56,805 nucleotides of DNA from Catajapyx aquilonaris (lineage: Eukaryota): the NCBI GenBank assembly GCA_000934665.2, contig JYFJ02002451.1, positions 1 through 56,805 of the forward strand, given 5' to 3'. The position numbers and the translations under genes were made by a program. The notes below the pieces were generated by a model that was given only the letters and a program-made list of their open reading frames with translations, was not told the origin of the DNA and made no database searches. Shown here piece after piece: positions 1 through 14,917 of the stretch; position 1 is the first letter of the stretch, and each line of letters opens with the position of its first letter.

Positions 1-3000
1 AGCCATAATTATTGCAAAGGTTACTACCAAATCAATGAGTCACTCCTATGGAAAAGTCTTTCATAACCCGAGCAACGCCGGGTATCCTGCTAGTATACAG
101 CTATATAGGATCATCTTCGCAGTTTCAGTGGTCCATCCACGACCCATCAGAAGCTTCCAATAAATCTGACGACTTATTGGAAACTATAGTTCGTGAACAG
201 AAACGAAAGCTTTGTTGTACAGGCTGCTTATATTGCAGAAGAAGTTTGGAAGGGGGGCTCACCATGGTAACATTCCATTAGACTCATAACCAATCACTTA
301 TGGGATTTCAATAAGTTGCCGTAGAAACGGGCCAAACATCCTCCCTGCAATATTGGATGGGCATGTCATATTTCTCAGGAAATGCTCCTTATTGCCAACA
401 TACCTAATACGTTTATTCTGTCCGTCCGCTTATTTTTTTTATTATTTTCTGTTAACTTTTGCTGTTGACCAGAACGTGTCTGCTGGGTGGCCAGTTGGTG
501 CCTGTGTTTGGTCAGTTCTCCTCCCCCAACCCATCTTGTTCTCAATCATGGGTCCTATAATTGGCCGCCTGATTTCATCCCAGTCCGGAGCTTTACCCTG
601 CCCGACCCCTCGACATAGCTCCCTCGATAAAATAATAGGCTCTTATATGGGACAAAGGCGACAGCAAAGTCGATGGAAGGCATCTGCAGGGGGGCTTGAT
701 TACCAGCAAACATCTTCCCAGATGATGACAGATTTCACCCCTCCTACTTTGTGCCTCCCCCCCAGCCATATAGGATCTGATGAGCAGCCGCAGATGAGGA
801 TTGGCCTTTGGAACGATGCTATTTCGTAAGGTCAGACCAGTGAAGGCCAAACACCATGCAAAATATCCCAGTAGACGTTATTAATAAACAGGGAGAGAGA
901 CAATGCCCTCCACAGATTGGGGGGTCGTCTGACTTCATTTGCGCCAGGTCAACTTTTTGGCTATTCATCCCGCGCACTTTGGCTGACAAAATGTCACGGA
1001 CAATGCTCACGACCGACCTGCAGGGCAATTTGGTTGTGCTATCGTACGTCGACGGCGTCTACATAGGATCATCCACACATTCAGAAGACTTCAACAGGGT
1101 TCAACATAACTACTGCAGAGACGTATAATTAGGTAGGAATATTCTGGCCAAGAAGGCTCCGAGGTTACAAGCAGATCGCGTGATTATGACATATTCACAC
1201 AACCACCGTATTTTTGCCGTGAGAGAGAAGAAACCTGTACTTTTTCCCAGCAGGGTAGAAAACCCAGGGGTGAACCTATTCTTTTTGCGCGAATACCCCT
1301 TTGAAAACCAAGGCTGCATTTATTTATTATTTCACCACGGGTAGTTCCACTTATATCACATTATGTACGAAAGAGTGCTGAAGTATGATGCTCGTACAAA
1401 TATTGTGCAAAGTTGCACTCACGTCAGAGAACCAAAAAAAAAAAGACTCGTGCAAATTTTTGCTATGCGATAAAGAAGTGAAGCGGAAATGCCTCCTTCG
1501 TATAGTAGGACGATACCTACAGATAAATGTCGCGCCTTGTTCGCACCTTTTCCCCAAGCCTCTTCCGCAAACTATCACGAATGGAGATGAAATCTCAGAA
1601 AGGAACCAGGCGAAAATTGTTCTCCGGCTCCCAACAATCGGACATTAAGATGCGAGGGCGTGCACCCAACCCACGATGAAAAGGCAGCCTCTTTCTCTCT
1701 CTTCTCCTTGGTGGGTGAGCCAACCCACATTTCCTAAATATAGGGTGTGTGGTGTAGGGTGGGTGGGTGGAAGATGTGGGGGAAGTGTGATCTCTGGTAC
1801 CAAAACAGACACACCATTAGGGGCCAGAAAATTGGACTTTGGAAGCTTCCTTTCCCCCCAGCAACCCAAGCCCGCAGCATCCACTAGATAACATTTGCAT
1901 CTTCAGCGCGACACCATATTTTCAAAGGGGGCAGGTAACCTTATCAACACCTAGATTAAAATTCATTTTCTGACATAGAATTTGCCCGGGATTCCGTCCC
2001 CTAATTCCTATGCTGAAAAAAAACAAGCCCCAGTTTCAATTTAACCACAAGTTAATTCCCTCCAATCCCCGACGACGAGGCTTTTAAAAAACCGAGTAAC
2101 TAGTTTGAAAAAGTTTGGCGGAGTCCAATATCGTGTGCATGGGACTTAATTGCAGGCTCCTTGTCGAGGCCCGACACTGTCACGCAAAATTGCTTCCTTA
2201 GATGAAAATCACTGCCCCCCCCACGCAAATTCCCAACTGCACTGATTGAAACTTCGGGGGTCACAAACAGAATTACAGGGCAAACCCTCCCAAAAATGGA
2301 GCCCTCAATAATTTCCGGACCATCCATCTCTCTTTTTTAAATATAATTTATTCCTCCGATTCCAGCTTCAGCGTTGCTTCCAAATCCCAAAAGATGAGCC
2401 TCAAGTCCTGGAGGAAACCGGTTCCTCTTTCCGTATATTCCATCTCTCCATCGATCACATCCAAGAATGGCAACACCGCCTGGCGCCGCCCAGGGGCATC
2501 GCCCTCCCCCCTTCCCATTCCCTTCCCCCATCCTGCACTTTCCATACTTTGTGGGGGTCCATGCCCAATTTCTTACTCAGGCGGAGGTCCCACCAAATTC
2601 GCCTTAATTAGTACACGTTTCGGGGGCCCCGCGTACCGTATTCGCACCTTGCAAACTAAATTAGGCAATTTTATTATACGGTACTTTTCGTCGCAGATGA
2701 TGCATTACTCACGGGTAAGGGTGGTAATGAATCAAGGTGTTGCATGTGGCGGGATACCCGCCTGCAATTTATTTATACCTCATTAATGACGATTATTATT
2801 GGCCTATACGTCAAAAATATCAACTAATGGCTAAATCCGATCGCTCATTTTAAAGCCAGTTTAGCGTAAATTTTTAATTCAAATTGTCCGCACCTTAGCC
2901 GGTAAGCTTCTTTCCCTGAATTATTCTCGCTGGAATGTGGCAGCCATTGTAGCCCAAAATGACGTTGACAGGATATGCGACGAGTGTCGCCAATATTTTT

Positions 3001-3350
3001 GGTGCCTCTGAAGAGCAGTGTCGCCCATGTTATCTATATGGAATGAGTCAGAGTTGCGTTCATTTCCTCGGTATGCACTCGGGACGATTATTGCTGCAAA
3101 CCTGAATTATCTGATAATACGCAATTACGCCCAGCTGCAGCCCGAATTCTCGTTAAAACCCCTGCACAAACTACCATGATTCTAAAAGCGGGAGCCTGGG
3201 CTATAAAATGAAGGTGTTGGCATATTCCTGCAGGGTTTTTCTTCCTTTCCATATAACGACTCTCCCGTCACCTATTCGGGCAACTTTTTAACGACATTAG
3301 TGCAAAACTAATTTGTTTTGTCAGGGTTCAATCCTCCAAACTGATGTAGG

Positions 3351-3580
3351 TACTATAACACGCAAAAAGATTGTCGCACTGTATCCGTGTGGTGTTCGCG
3401 ACTTGTTGGTTTACCCTCTTGCCGCAAGGATCGTTGCCGAATGGCCGTGTTTGAGGTGATTGGGTGTAGAATCACCCCAAACACCGTCATCCGGCAACGA
3501 TCCTTGCGGCAAGAGGGTAAACCAATAAGTCGCGAACACCACACGAATACAGTGCGACAATCTTTTTGCGTGTTATAGTA
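3351..3580. mobile_element. Palindromic MITE (Tc1/mariner-like, TA-flanked)
   Basis: Arms 3351-3461 and 3470-3580 are 111-nt reverse complements with 6 mismatches by eye and an 8-nt loop. Ends read TA|CTATAACACGC...GCGTGTTATAG|TA, consistent with a TA target-site duplication. No transposase ORF. Confidence 0.85.
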
Positions 3581-6500
3581 TGAGCGAGTGAAGTGTCAGT
3601 AATGCGCCTTTTGAATAGTAATCATGGCAGTCAAACCTATACTATTTATCCGAACACACAGGCTCCGTGGTGTGGGGTCCTGTTTTCCAACCAGCTCTCA
3701 CCTGATTACATGCACAGACACACGTGTTTCATAACATCGCATAACTGCATCCTAAACGGGCTTCCCATCTAATCGGGCTGTAAATGCCCGTGCGAACACC
3801 GCCGATTAATTTCATTGCTTCCTGATCACACGGGATAAATATTGAGTATTGCCCGTTACGTATGTCACACTCGTTGAGCTTAATCATTCCAGTTACGGAG
3901 CCGCCTTTATGTACACACACTCGCGTTACATCGCATTTTAATAAGCGTCATTATGCTGCACAACCTGCGCCACGCACTGCCTTCAATATATTTTTTAAAA
4001 TGCGGCGCATTTTTTAAAGGATCCGCCGGGATCTAAAAGTCCCTGCACCGACATAAATCTTGTGTTTCGTGCTACACAGCATCAATAAGGTTTATTCCCG
4101 CACCCCTCCAAAAAAGCGCAGGTTATTTTTTTTCCGGGGCCACACACAATTTTCCAACCCGTATTCATCACTCCAACAAGGTTCTGGCTCTGGCTTTCCC
4201 TGAATATGAATCAGGAAGCTCGTGGCCAAAACGGTCCACTAATGCCCTCGTACCCTCTGGCATATAATAGGCGCTAATATTACTAAACATGCATAACTCA
4301 ACCCTCCCAGTTCATCATCACGAGCCTGGGCCAAATGCCACAATTTTAGCCCAAGAGCACTTGTGGAGCACATTCTTCCCGTAGTGTCTAGCCCTATCTT
4401 ATCTGGTGGAAGCTGATGAATTTTTCAATCCCCATTTTGGCCTAGAGTCTGAGTTTCAGACAGACCTACATTCCTTCTATTCCTAACCATATATACGTAA
4501 AAGTGAATGCGTTCTTACTGTATGTTGATAGTGTCCTGCGCTGGTCTGAACCCACCTGAAGCGTCAATGCAACTGAGCCAGGCGTCGGTTCAATCTACAC
4601 TCATATAGACCACACACGTCGACTAAAAAAAAAGGTGTGAGTCGAGCAGTGAAAGAGCATTTGACACCGCGCAACCGCCGCAATTATCATCGGGGCACAT
4701 CACAAAACGAGTCAAGTGCACGGCCAACCAGCACGCAAAGACACGTGTTTGCGTAAGGGGACACATGCTCAGCGGAAGGAAATGAAGTGTCATTTAAATT
4801 AAGTGCATTCCTCGACGGTCAGCACGAACCAAGGATTGTCTGGTGTAGTACAACAACCTTTAATAAGCGATAGTCTTATTAAAGTCTGGGTGTTTCGTTG
4901 TGCTTCAAACAACCCCATATGGACGGTGGTATGCAATAATGTGTCAACCCACAAAACATACACTCAACGGATCGTACTTCAGTCAGTTAAAATCAACCTG
5001 GCGAAATCTGCATACTTCTGCCGAAAAGGACACTGAATTAATTTCCCAGGTGTGGCCCTTTTCTCAACTGTTCTCATGTGGGTTGACTCATTATTGCATA
5101 ACACAGTCCATATATAGTCTACACGGCAATGGTATGCTGAATCCATATAGGATGCAATATGGTGCATTCTTAGATTAATGCTAATTACCTCAGAAACTAG
5201 TTTGCGGCGACAAATGGGCTCCTCTACATACACTGATTCCCTGGATCCCCCCGAGTTTACCTTACAAGTTTGTCTGAAACATTACCAAACAAACCCTATG
5301 CAAATTAGTTCATAATAAGCTCGACCCAACTTGCGATTCTCCCACTCATTTAGCACCTTCTGCTGCATTGGTCAGAATATATATCTAATATGGTCCTTTT
5401 CCTAATTATTCATCAAATTTAACCCCGCACACGTTAGTAGCAAGTGTGCGGATAGGATTAAAAAACCATGTGCCCTCAGCTCTCATAATCTATACGCACA
5501 TAGGGCAACTTCCTCTAATGAACAAGCGGAAGTAGGTGGGGAAGCGAGTAGCGACTGGTGGTTTAGAAGCTTCCAATCACATTTTCCTCAGCCATATCCA
5601 CCCATTGCCACCTATTCACTCAGCAGGATCCCCCTTTGCGCACACAGCTCTCATCATTGGGCAGCAAATAATTTTGATACAAAACATAATTTTAAAAAAA
5701 ACATCAAAAGCATGTCAACGGACCATAGCCACAGGAGGGGGAGGAAAAAAAATGGGTTGCTTACGGGTGGTTAATTCCCATGGGCAGAAATTAATTCCGC
5801 TGCACGTGCTCGCCACAAATAAAAACTGCAACTATTATTAGTGCCGTAGGGATCAGATTGCACTAATTAAGTGTCCGTTTATCAACCCGGACGACTGAAC
5901 TATCGATCTGGAGCAAAATTGGTGGGCAAAAGCGTTTGAAAGCCATTGCTTTTCCCTCCCGACCCCCTCCAACCCTGACTGGCCCTGTAATTTATTCACA
6001 GCTGGATCTGTGCCCACATTCTCTAACAAACCAGTGCCAGTGTTTCCTTCGTGCGATTTTATTTATTTATTTTTGGGGATGGGTGAGGGAGCGAATGAAT
6101 ACCAAGAACGTGCCTGATATTTAGGCAGAGTGTTTACTGGCACACCCTGTGCAAAATCCACCTGAAGACGCGCAGATCTCGAATTTAATCCCGAGTTATT
6201 TCATAATCCTCCCAAGTGTTCAGACACACTCGCAATAAATTAATTAAGCCCGCTCCGTTCGTAATGGGTCTCATTACTAGGTAAGCCTCCCCCATATTTC
6301 TAGCAAAAAGGACGTACGTATTATTCGAAGTAATTAACTCCGGCTACATACCATGGAACTTAGCGACTTCCCCCACACTACCTCGAAACACATTCTTCTG
6401 TCGGGTATGCCGCAAAATATTCCGCGGTATTGTATATCTGACCCACCGTATGTATATCCAGGCCAGATATGCAAAGAAGGACGATAGAAAAAAAAGGTGG

Positions 6501-8985
6501 TGGCTTTGAGAGAGACATCGGAGACTGAGGTCAACAGAAAGGGTCATCTGTGCCGCATCTCTTTTCCTCTCCAGCTAGCCTCCAATCCAAGGTTGCAAAC
6601 TCTTGGGAAAGGAAGACATTTTGATCCACCCTTTCCTTCCGTTCTTTTTCTCTCCCTTTTTTTCTGTTATTTTTTTGGTCCACGACATTTAGGGCCATTG
6701 TCCAAATTGCGTCCCGAGTGGGCCACGGTTCGCCTACTTCCCAGCTCCATTAGGCCTTTTTCTCATTAGTGGTGTTGGTTAGGAGGAGGGGGCGGATCAC
6801 GTGTGCTATACCGCAGGAAACCTCTTCATAATGCTTGGATTGTTGATAAGGCTGTTACAATAATTGGATAGAATTTTGGGTAACAGGTTTGATCTAGTTT
6901 TCCATGCACCTAAATTGAAATAAGATATACTCGGAGAATGGTTACATTTGTGTTGAAATGATAGCTCGTGATTTTAAACGGCGGCGAATTCTCATTGAAA
7001 TCCGCCAGGATACTAAAGCTTGGAGCAAAAAAATACTGCGGATATAACTAATTTACATCCCAAAGCATCAGTTACTTAAATTAGCAAAACGTCTCATGCG
7101 CCACTGGAAATGAAAGAGGAAGAGAGAGAGAAAAAAAAGATCAGCTGTGTAAATCCCACCGTGAACATGTCCTGATGACACTACTTATTAATGCATAATG
7201 GCAGCTTTTCCAGGAGACTTGATCCAGCGCAAGTGAAGTCAAGCAAGACCAGCTTAACATTTCGCTAATCGCTTCCAACGTTTTATGCTAATTATACCTT
7301 CCCGAGTAAGAGAGACGATCCGCACATTCTCACGAAGGAAACCTGCGCACTGTATACATACAAGTACAGGTCACTTCCTGGAAGCTGACGCACAGGACGA
7401 GCCATTGACAAAGTTGAGTGCAATGCAAATGTGTGACATGTCACCTATGCTGTTATGCCACGACCTAAGCGACCTTTGATTACGCGACACCTTCCTGTGA
7501 CCGGCCTTAAAAATAGATCACGGTCAAGTTGCACAGCTCTAATCTGGTCGGGGACGCAAACAAAGCGGTGTGATTCAGACATGATAGCCTCGTACAAATA
7601 AAGGGAAAGCTCGATAGTGTGATGGCAGGCAATAGGAGCCTGGACCACTGAATTGAATAAATTCGGAGACAATTTTATTTATCGATAGTCACATTTCGGG
7701 TGCACCAATCACTGAAACATTTGTGTCCTGCGAATGGTCCTTTTTGCAGCCTACATATAGCCTGGGGGAATCCCACATATTCCATTTCTTCCTACCCTGA
7801 AGCGGATCCAGCACAGTGCTGCTCGCTGGTTCACCCCCCGTCCAGAGACATGACTTATGCAAGATGCATGAAATAACTGCTGACAAGCCATGGTTCGGGG
7901 CATAATTTCCATTTTGCGTACCCGCACACATTCCCCAAAAATCGATCTGGATGGTGGTCCAGAGAACCCAGTCGGATGCAGCAGGCTCTCCTCGTGTATC
8001 GGTGGGCTTTAAAAAAAAATCGTCCCAAATTGATTAGAGAAGTAGCGGCTATTCCGCATCATGATGATGATGATGATGAACCCAACCCCAAAAACAACAT
8101 GACAAGCACGATTTGCAACAGCAGTGAAATTGGGATTGATTCTCTCCTCCTCTCATCGGAAAAACTACTTGGCAGTGTCTGAAGTGCGCCGCCTTGCCTG
8201 GTGGATTCATTCCGCATTCAGCACGCCCTGATGCACTTCATCTCCCCCCCCACTCCCGCCTTCCTGTGCATCGATTGTGCCCGATTTCAACCCGGCCACC
8301 CCAACGCCACATTTGCATTCCGCCGATTTTGGGGACACCATTTTCTTATTCGGTCTCGCGTCATCCTCATCAGTTGTTGCGGCCATGCCTCAGGGGCACG
8401 TTACGACGCAGTCTCTGCCCAATCGGATTAGAGCGGGGCGTGGCTTCTGATTCAGGTATGAGAAACTGTGGGTGTCACAACTTTTTTTAAACTGCTGGCC
8501 ACACTGTAAACTGCAGTGTTGGCTTCTAGATGTTACAAAAGTCTATATCCGTTGGTCCACTCCTTAATTCCGTTGGAGCACCCTGTACACAAAGCCGCAA
8601 GTCTCTCAGCGAGCTAATCCGACAATTACGGGCTGGAGTAATACCTTCAACAACCCATCCCTAAGTGATTGTGTCTGCGGTTTGAAAGTCACGTTCTCTC
8701 TCTCTCTCCTCTAGAGCTAGAGTGCTTCAAAATCGGCGCCCCTGTTCGGAAATGAGAAAAGGAATAAAGGCGGTGGTGCCACAGCATGCAGGGGCCGTTG
8801 GATCCCAGATTTACGAGCGAATTAAAGGACTTTGTATCCCGTTGGCAGAAGGGACCTGGGGCCAATTGGTCCGAGCTGACGCCTCTACCCGCTTTTATAA
8901 TATTGATTGATTCACCCCTAATCGAATCGACTTCACTTTTTTTTATATTCTATCGGACCACTTTCGGTTTGGAGAGGGGGGGGGG

Positions 8986-8991
8986 NNNNNN
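8986..8991. other. Assembly gap within a poly-G tract
   Basis: Six N characters flanked by G runs. Confidence 0.99.
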
Positions 8992-11900
8992 GGGGGGGGG
9001 GTCAATATATTTTTCCATCGCCCCCCCAAAAACGATGCGAACTGCCTTAATCCGGGATGAGTGACGCATTGATCTTCAAAAGCTCGCCATATGCTGTTTA
9101 TCAGCCAGCCCTTTCAAATCGTGTGTGAAATGGGAGCACACCACACCCCAAAAAATGAGCAGACCTTTTATCCCCCCCACCAAAGCAACCTAAAAATACG
9201 ATTAATAATGATTAATACTAACGAAAATAATCAGAGACTGTCAGACGAAACTGCATATATTATATTAATCGAGGGCACCGTTTTTGTTTTGTTGGTCCCT
9301 TGTGACGAAAATTTTTGGCAACGCTGTAGCGCAATGTTTTACATCCGGACCCCCTAAAAACTCTCTGTAGGGTGGACAGGTCCTTTATGTGCTTTTGAGC
9401 GTTTGCGTCCGGAAAATATTTGCATAATTACGTCCGCACTGCAGAATAATTACGGTAATTTGATATCAGTATTGCACCGACGTTCCCTGCCCCTCACTGA
9501 CAACAATGCATTGATTTATCGATTGCGTCTGCGGGCGTCTAAAAATATATTACGCAGGATTTTTTTATGCGGTTGTTCGCATAATTTCGTACGTCGGCAA
9601 TGCGAAAATGTCACCTTTTAAGTGTCTTTCAGAATTAAATTAAAACGGGAGTCCTCCTTCCACACGCAATTCAAAAGACTGATCCTATTTCCATTGAATT
9701 ACTTGGGCGGTTCATCTTACCCTCGAGGGAACCAATTGTTCGTGCAAAAGTCACACAGATAAGACTATATAGCAAATGATCAGGCTTTGAAATACAAAAC
9801 GTGCGCCCCCATCCTTTGGCACGAATTCGGCTCGTTTTGCCTTAGCAACCAATCCGCGAATTTCGAAAAACCCGTAGCAACAGTTTTTAAGCTGCTTATT
9901 TCTGAGTTGCACTCATATTTGCCAACCATTTTTTTCTTCTTCTGAAGGATCAGCAGTCATCCCCTTTTTTCACTCCAACTCGGACAAAAAAAAAACATAG
10001 GTAAGAGCCTTCCTGGCAGTCAGCTTAAGAGAAAAGAAGAGAAGGGGGGAAAAAATGCAGGAAGGCAGACGCATCCTCTGGCCCTGGCATCCAAAAGGGA
10101 TGTAAAACCACTTTAGTCGCGCAGTTAAGAGGCACTAACAGGCCCCGTTTTATGTAGTGAGTGAGTTTTATAGATCCTGGAGTCGGCTCTTGCCTCTCTA
10201 GGATAAATCCCAATCGAAAAACACCACTGCACTGCACCCATCTTTTCTAAGCCCTGATTTTTTCAATTTTCGGTACTCTTGTTTCTGTTGTCGACAACAA
10301 GCAATGTCACCTAGCTGGAGTATGAACAACGTTTCCTTGCATTTGACAGATGTTGTGAGATGTGCTGAAACACCCGGTCTAGACGTGACTCAAACGATGT
10401 CAAGAAACAGGGTGACCTGATTTGCAATTTTCTCGCGACGTTTTTCACACCCAGCTTCAATTATTCCCAAGAGCTGAATTTGAATGTACCCGATTTTTTT
10501 CCACTTTTTTTTTTGCCTGGTCCGAATGGAAGTTCTCCTGAAATTAACTCACAAAAAAAAGCAACAGAGAAACAGGTCGGGGAAGGTTATTGCAATTGGA
10601 AACCTTCGCGATCGCGTGGAACGCATGCCTTTTCTTGTTACACTCTCCAGAGGAATTACTTCTCTCTGAGAGAATCTAGAAATCGAAGCTCAATTTGTAG
10701 GGTATATGGGTTGAGGGGAGGGGGGAACAGTAGCAGGAAAGGAAATTCCCTTGTGCGGAACCAAATGGAAATGGTGAAATATCGAATTCGTCTCGCGAAT
10801 CCAGTTTGAAACACAAGAGGTGCATTCATATATTTTTTTTTCTTTCATTTTTTTTTCTCCTTCCAGGGATGGAGCCATAGGGCAGGCCTTTGCCCCCTAA
10901 CCCCCCATCCGAAATCTGAGTAGCACCCAGTCAGCATGTGTACACAATGAGTTCACCCGCCCTATTATGATGCCTCACGTTAAAAAAAAAGGCACCGAAT
11001 AATCGTGGAAAAAAAAAGTCGTCAAAAATTCTGGATGGGAATAATTCCGAATGCCCGCCCCTTTTCACCCTAGTCAGATCATTAATTTGGTTAATCACCC
11101 CTCTAACTGATTCATGTCATAATACGTGTGGCAAATACGTAATGGGAATCGACCGTTGATCGCTCTCTATGCGCCACTATATTTTCCAATAAAAACCCTT
11201 ACACGCACAGTCCATCGAATGCAACTCATCCCCATACGAATATTACGACTCCGTGACCAGACTCAAAACAGTGTCTATTTCTGGCTCCATGACATTGGAA
11301 CATTATATTAAATCCGCAATTGAATATTGCAGCAGCTGACATTTCCATAATGTCCCGCCAAATTATTCCTTTAAAAAAATGGCCAAAACTGTACCAAAAA
11401 CAGTTGCCAAGGAACCTTTTTTTTTTAATCTATAAAAGGTGCGCCTCATCCATACTTCAAAACCCATCCAATTACAGCCCACAGTTTGTAATAAAACGAT
11501 ATAAAAGGCGACGTGAACTGGCCAATAAAAAATCCTTGCCGCAAAGTTGTGGGGGTGAGGCTGGAGGTAGAAAGAGAGTTTTTTAAAGGTAGCTCCAGGG
11601 GGAAAAAAAAAGGGGGGCAGCACATGTAATTTATTCGTCCCATTCCGAAATCCAGAAGGTCTGCTGCTTTGGGGTCCCAAGGTATAGCCCAGAGCTTTAC
11701 ATGCAAATGGAAAGGCAGGCAGAAGTATTCGTTTCCATTTCCACACACATAAAACATGTGTTACAGTACATATGTGACTATTTATGCGGTTAATGCCCTT
11801 ACTGCAGGGGGCAATATGGGTCCTTCCCCCCCACGAAAAAAAAAAACTTTTGGCTTCCGATATTGCCTTCAATACCCGGGGAGTTAGCCTCTCAACGATC

Positions 11901-14446
11901 CAACTTGCTGCACTTTCCAAGTATCTCAACTCAGACTTATTGACCACTATTCTGCCTGCAGCACCACCCCCCTTCAAATCTCCCTCCCCCCAAAACCCCT
12001 CCCAAGCTCTCTGTTTTATTCCTCAAGTCACTTCCGCCCAAAACCTTAAGGTATAAACTTTTGCTCATTACTACCGATATGATACCCCCATTGTCAAACC
12101 CCCGCTGGGACCTGGAATTTCCTAATGAGCTACCTCTTTTCCGCCCAACTGGATTATTTACTTGCGACTTTCCGATTAGACGGGGAAAAAGCCCCCCCTG
12201 CTCACTTTGCATCATTACCAAGAGGACAAACGCACTATATTCAAACAGTGCTCATTTGCCTATTAATGGGGCCATTTACAGCCGTAATTAAACGTTAAAA
12301 ATGAATACCTTCCAATATGAGCAAGTTATTACCATCAACCAATACCTCCATTTTCCTCTGTGACACACGATGCATTTTTGAGTGACTTTTTCTGGCTGGC
12401 ATTATGTCAAGTTAATGTCTGTCCAGCTGGTTACACAATGAATGTTATTCGCTGCATGCCTCAAAGAGCACTGAGGTCGTTACATACTGGTTCATGACAC
12501 ACGCCAAGGTAAAAAGTTCCTCCTTTGATCACGTGTTGTACCTAATTGCAATTTGCAAGAATAAAAGTGAAGGCCGTCAGCAACACCTGTCAACTTCAAT
12601 CAACTTTTATGCCATATTATTACTCCACATGCATGTGGTACTAATTGTACTCAGGTACATACATATTACAAACCAGAAAAAGTTACATGTCTACTGAGCT
12701 AAACGCTTCCTAATTCAAACGTAAACATTCGACAGCAAGTGATGCGCATCCATCAGATCACGAATGCAATCCACTTCCAGCATTATACAATTCTGTTTGG
12801 CAATCGCATGGTGTCAAGGCCATCTCGACTCTTCCCCAACGGCCCCACCTTGAACAAAATAAGTTGCAAAACCCGCTGTGGCAATAGAGTGGCAGTACCT
12901 GAGCTTCCTGATGCCATCCCAATGGCAGCTTACTACATTTCATCCCAAGTCGAGGTTCAACAGCAATGAAATTTGAGAACGTCCGGTCCATCCCTCCTCT
13001 CCCCATGTGCCCAACTTGGGTTATTCCTGAAACATTTATGCAGCTGCTATCTCTTCAAGCTGGAGGAAAATGTGCATTATGCATACGTGACTGGGTCCGT
13101 CATATTCAAAATGGGCACCACAAAACTGTCCCTGCCGCTTTTATGGCCAAAAGCTGCTCTTACAAAACGGGAAATAATCAGCTGGAATAGTCAATGATAT
13201 GAAAAATAGGATTAATCTACGAACTGGATGCGTAATGTGCACAGTGATCCGCCTGATTATACTACGATGGTATCTGTCACGCACAGCTAAAAATTCACAG
13301 GAACATACATGTAGAAATTGTTAATTTTTCGACGTAGAAATGGCAACGCCGCAGTTTAATGCACCCGTATGTTGCATACTCTCCAAAGTATTGATAATAA
13401 TGAAGAGTTGTGTTCCCATCTCAAGGTCCCAGTTGGATCAAGAGGGGTGCAGCCAGTGTTATGTTACTAATGATGACCTCAGATATCAGATTCCTAGTCA
13501 GCATTCTTCACCACCCTTATTTTTTGCACCCCTCAAATCAGAAAAACTTGACACCACCCTTAGCAGATGGCCAGTCAATGCTACACACTGAACCTCATCC
13601 CATCATAAACACTCACCATGTAGTACGGTTAATTCCATCATATAGAAACCACGTATGGCGGTAAATGTCGTACATAAACACACTGCAGTACTGGCAAATC
13701 CACTCTATCACACCACAGTTGACCGTCACAGTTCAAGGAAAACATCTACTCTGCAGTCATACTCATAATTACTGGCCGCAAAAAAAACTGGCAAATCCAT
13801 CACTATCAGACAACGTCAGGAACTTGTGCAATTTGTTCAAACATCCTGTACCTGCCTGCCGCAACAACAAATTTCCCCGGTATATTGCCAGACATTATTA
13901 TCACTACGCCCGGAGTCAGTGACCATCCCGACAGTAAAAACAGGAAGATCAAAGTTCACACAATAATAACCGCTCATCAGCTCATGTGATTGTGGATATG
14001 CGTCTTCATCAGCAGCATGGAAATCCACAAGATTTTGGGAGGTTCATACATGAGTTCTGTAGCGTAATAGACTAATAGTCAAATCGACTTATCAAATGTT
14101 GATTACAGGCCAAATGTTAGCATCCCACAGGTTATCAACAGCATATCCAAACCGCATTACCACTGCCTGCGTAACCAGGCTGTGTTGGCAACCCTGATCC
14201 CAATAAGTGCAACAATGTGTAGTACACATGTACTTGCAACAATGGTCCTCAGTCTCCCCCGCCCCTCCGACCCTCCCCAATAATCCCACCCGAAGTCAAC
14301 GCCCCCCCCCCCCCTCCTCTTCCCCAATAGTAACCCATGGCAACAAAGAGGGCCGCCCACACAAAATACCCTCTCCACCCGCTGCTGCAGCTCCACACCC
14401 TGAAAACCCGGCTTTTTCATCCTCTGCCCCCCCACCTCATACTCAC

Positions 14447-14617
14447 CGAGCGATGAGTAGAAAAAGAAAGGGTAGGGGCGGCCCGTGTGGTCTTGCAGGG
14501 GGTCAGCTCCTTTCCTCCCCCGGGGGGGTGCCGGGGACACACACACACGAGGGGGCGAGCGAGCCAAACAAGCAGCGGCCGACGACGCGTCGGACTCGGA
14601 CGACTCGCACACACTGA
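14447..14617 (-). promoter_or_regulatory. Putative TSS and non-coding first exon of an unidentified minus-strand gene
   Basis: GC/CpG-rich island. TCAGT initiator-like motif at 14617-14613 (-), YY1/Pho-like GCCATCTT just upstream (~14711-14718), and strong donor TCG|GTGAGT with the intron starting at 14446. No ATG in the exon. Confidence 0.5.
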
Positions 14618-14917
14618 TCTCCCTGGCTAGTTGGAGCGACCAGCGGACAGGTGGAGACACTCGCTTGCCTGGCTGCCTGGGTCTGCCATGGGTGGGCGGT
14701 GCCAACAGAAAAGATGGCGCTCGCTGCACCCACCGCACGTGACGGATACGGTATACATGTTGGCCACACTGCGCTGGGTATGATTACGACAGGGAATGGC
14801 CTGCAGATTAGACCACACTGTTCCAATTTATGCTGAACCTACAGTTGAATGTCTCTCACTGCCTGCAGGGTACTTTTGCAGTACATTTTCATGGGGAATC
14901 ACCCGTCGAATAATGTG

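Noticed and set aside
3353..3578. Twin 63-aa ORFs on opposite strands
   Set aside because: Artefact of the palindrome; non-ATG starts and no recognisable protein.
11363..11977. 204-aa minus-strand ORF
   Set aside because: Non-ATG start, crosses homopolymer runs, no recognisable domain or splice support.
14157..14826. Overlapping 100-190 aa ORFs in the GC-rich island
   Set aside because: Low-complexity, mostly non-ATG starts and present in several frames; better explained as a CpG-rich promoter/UTR.
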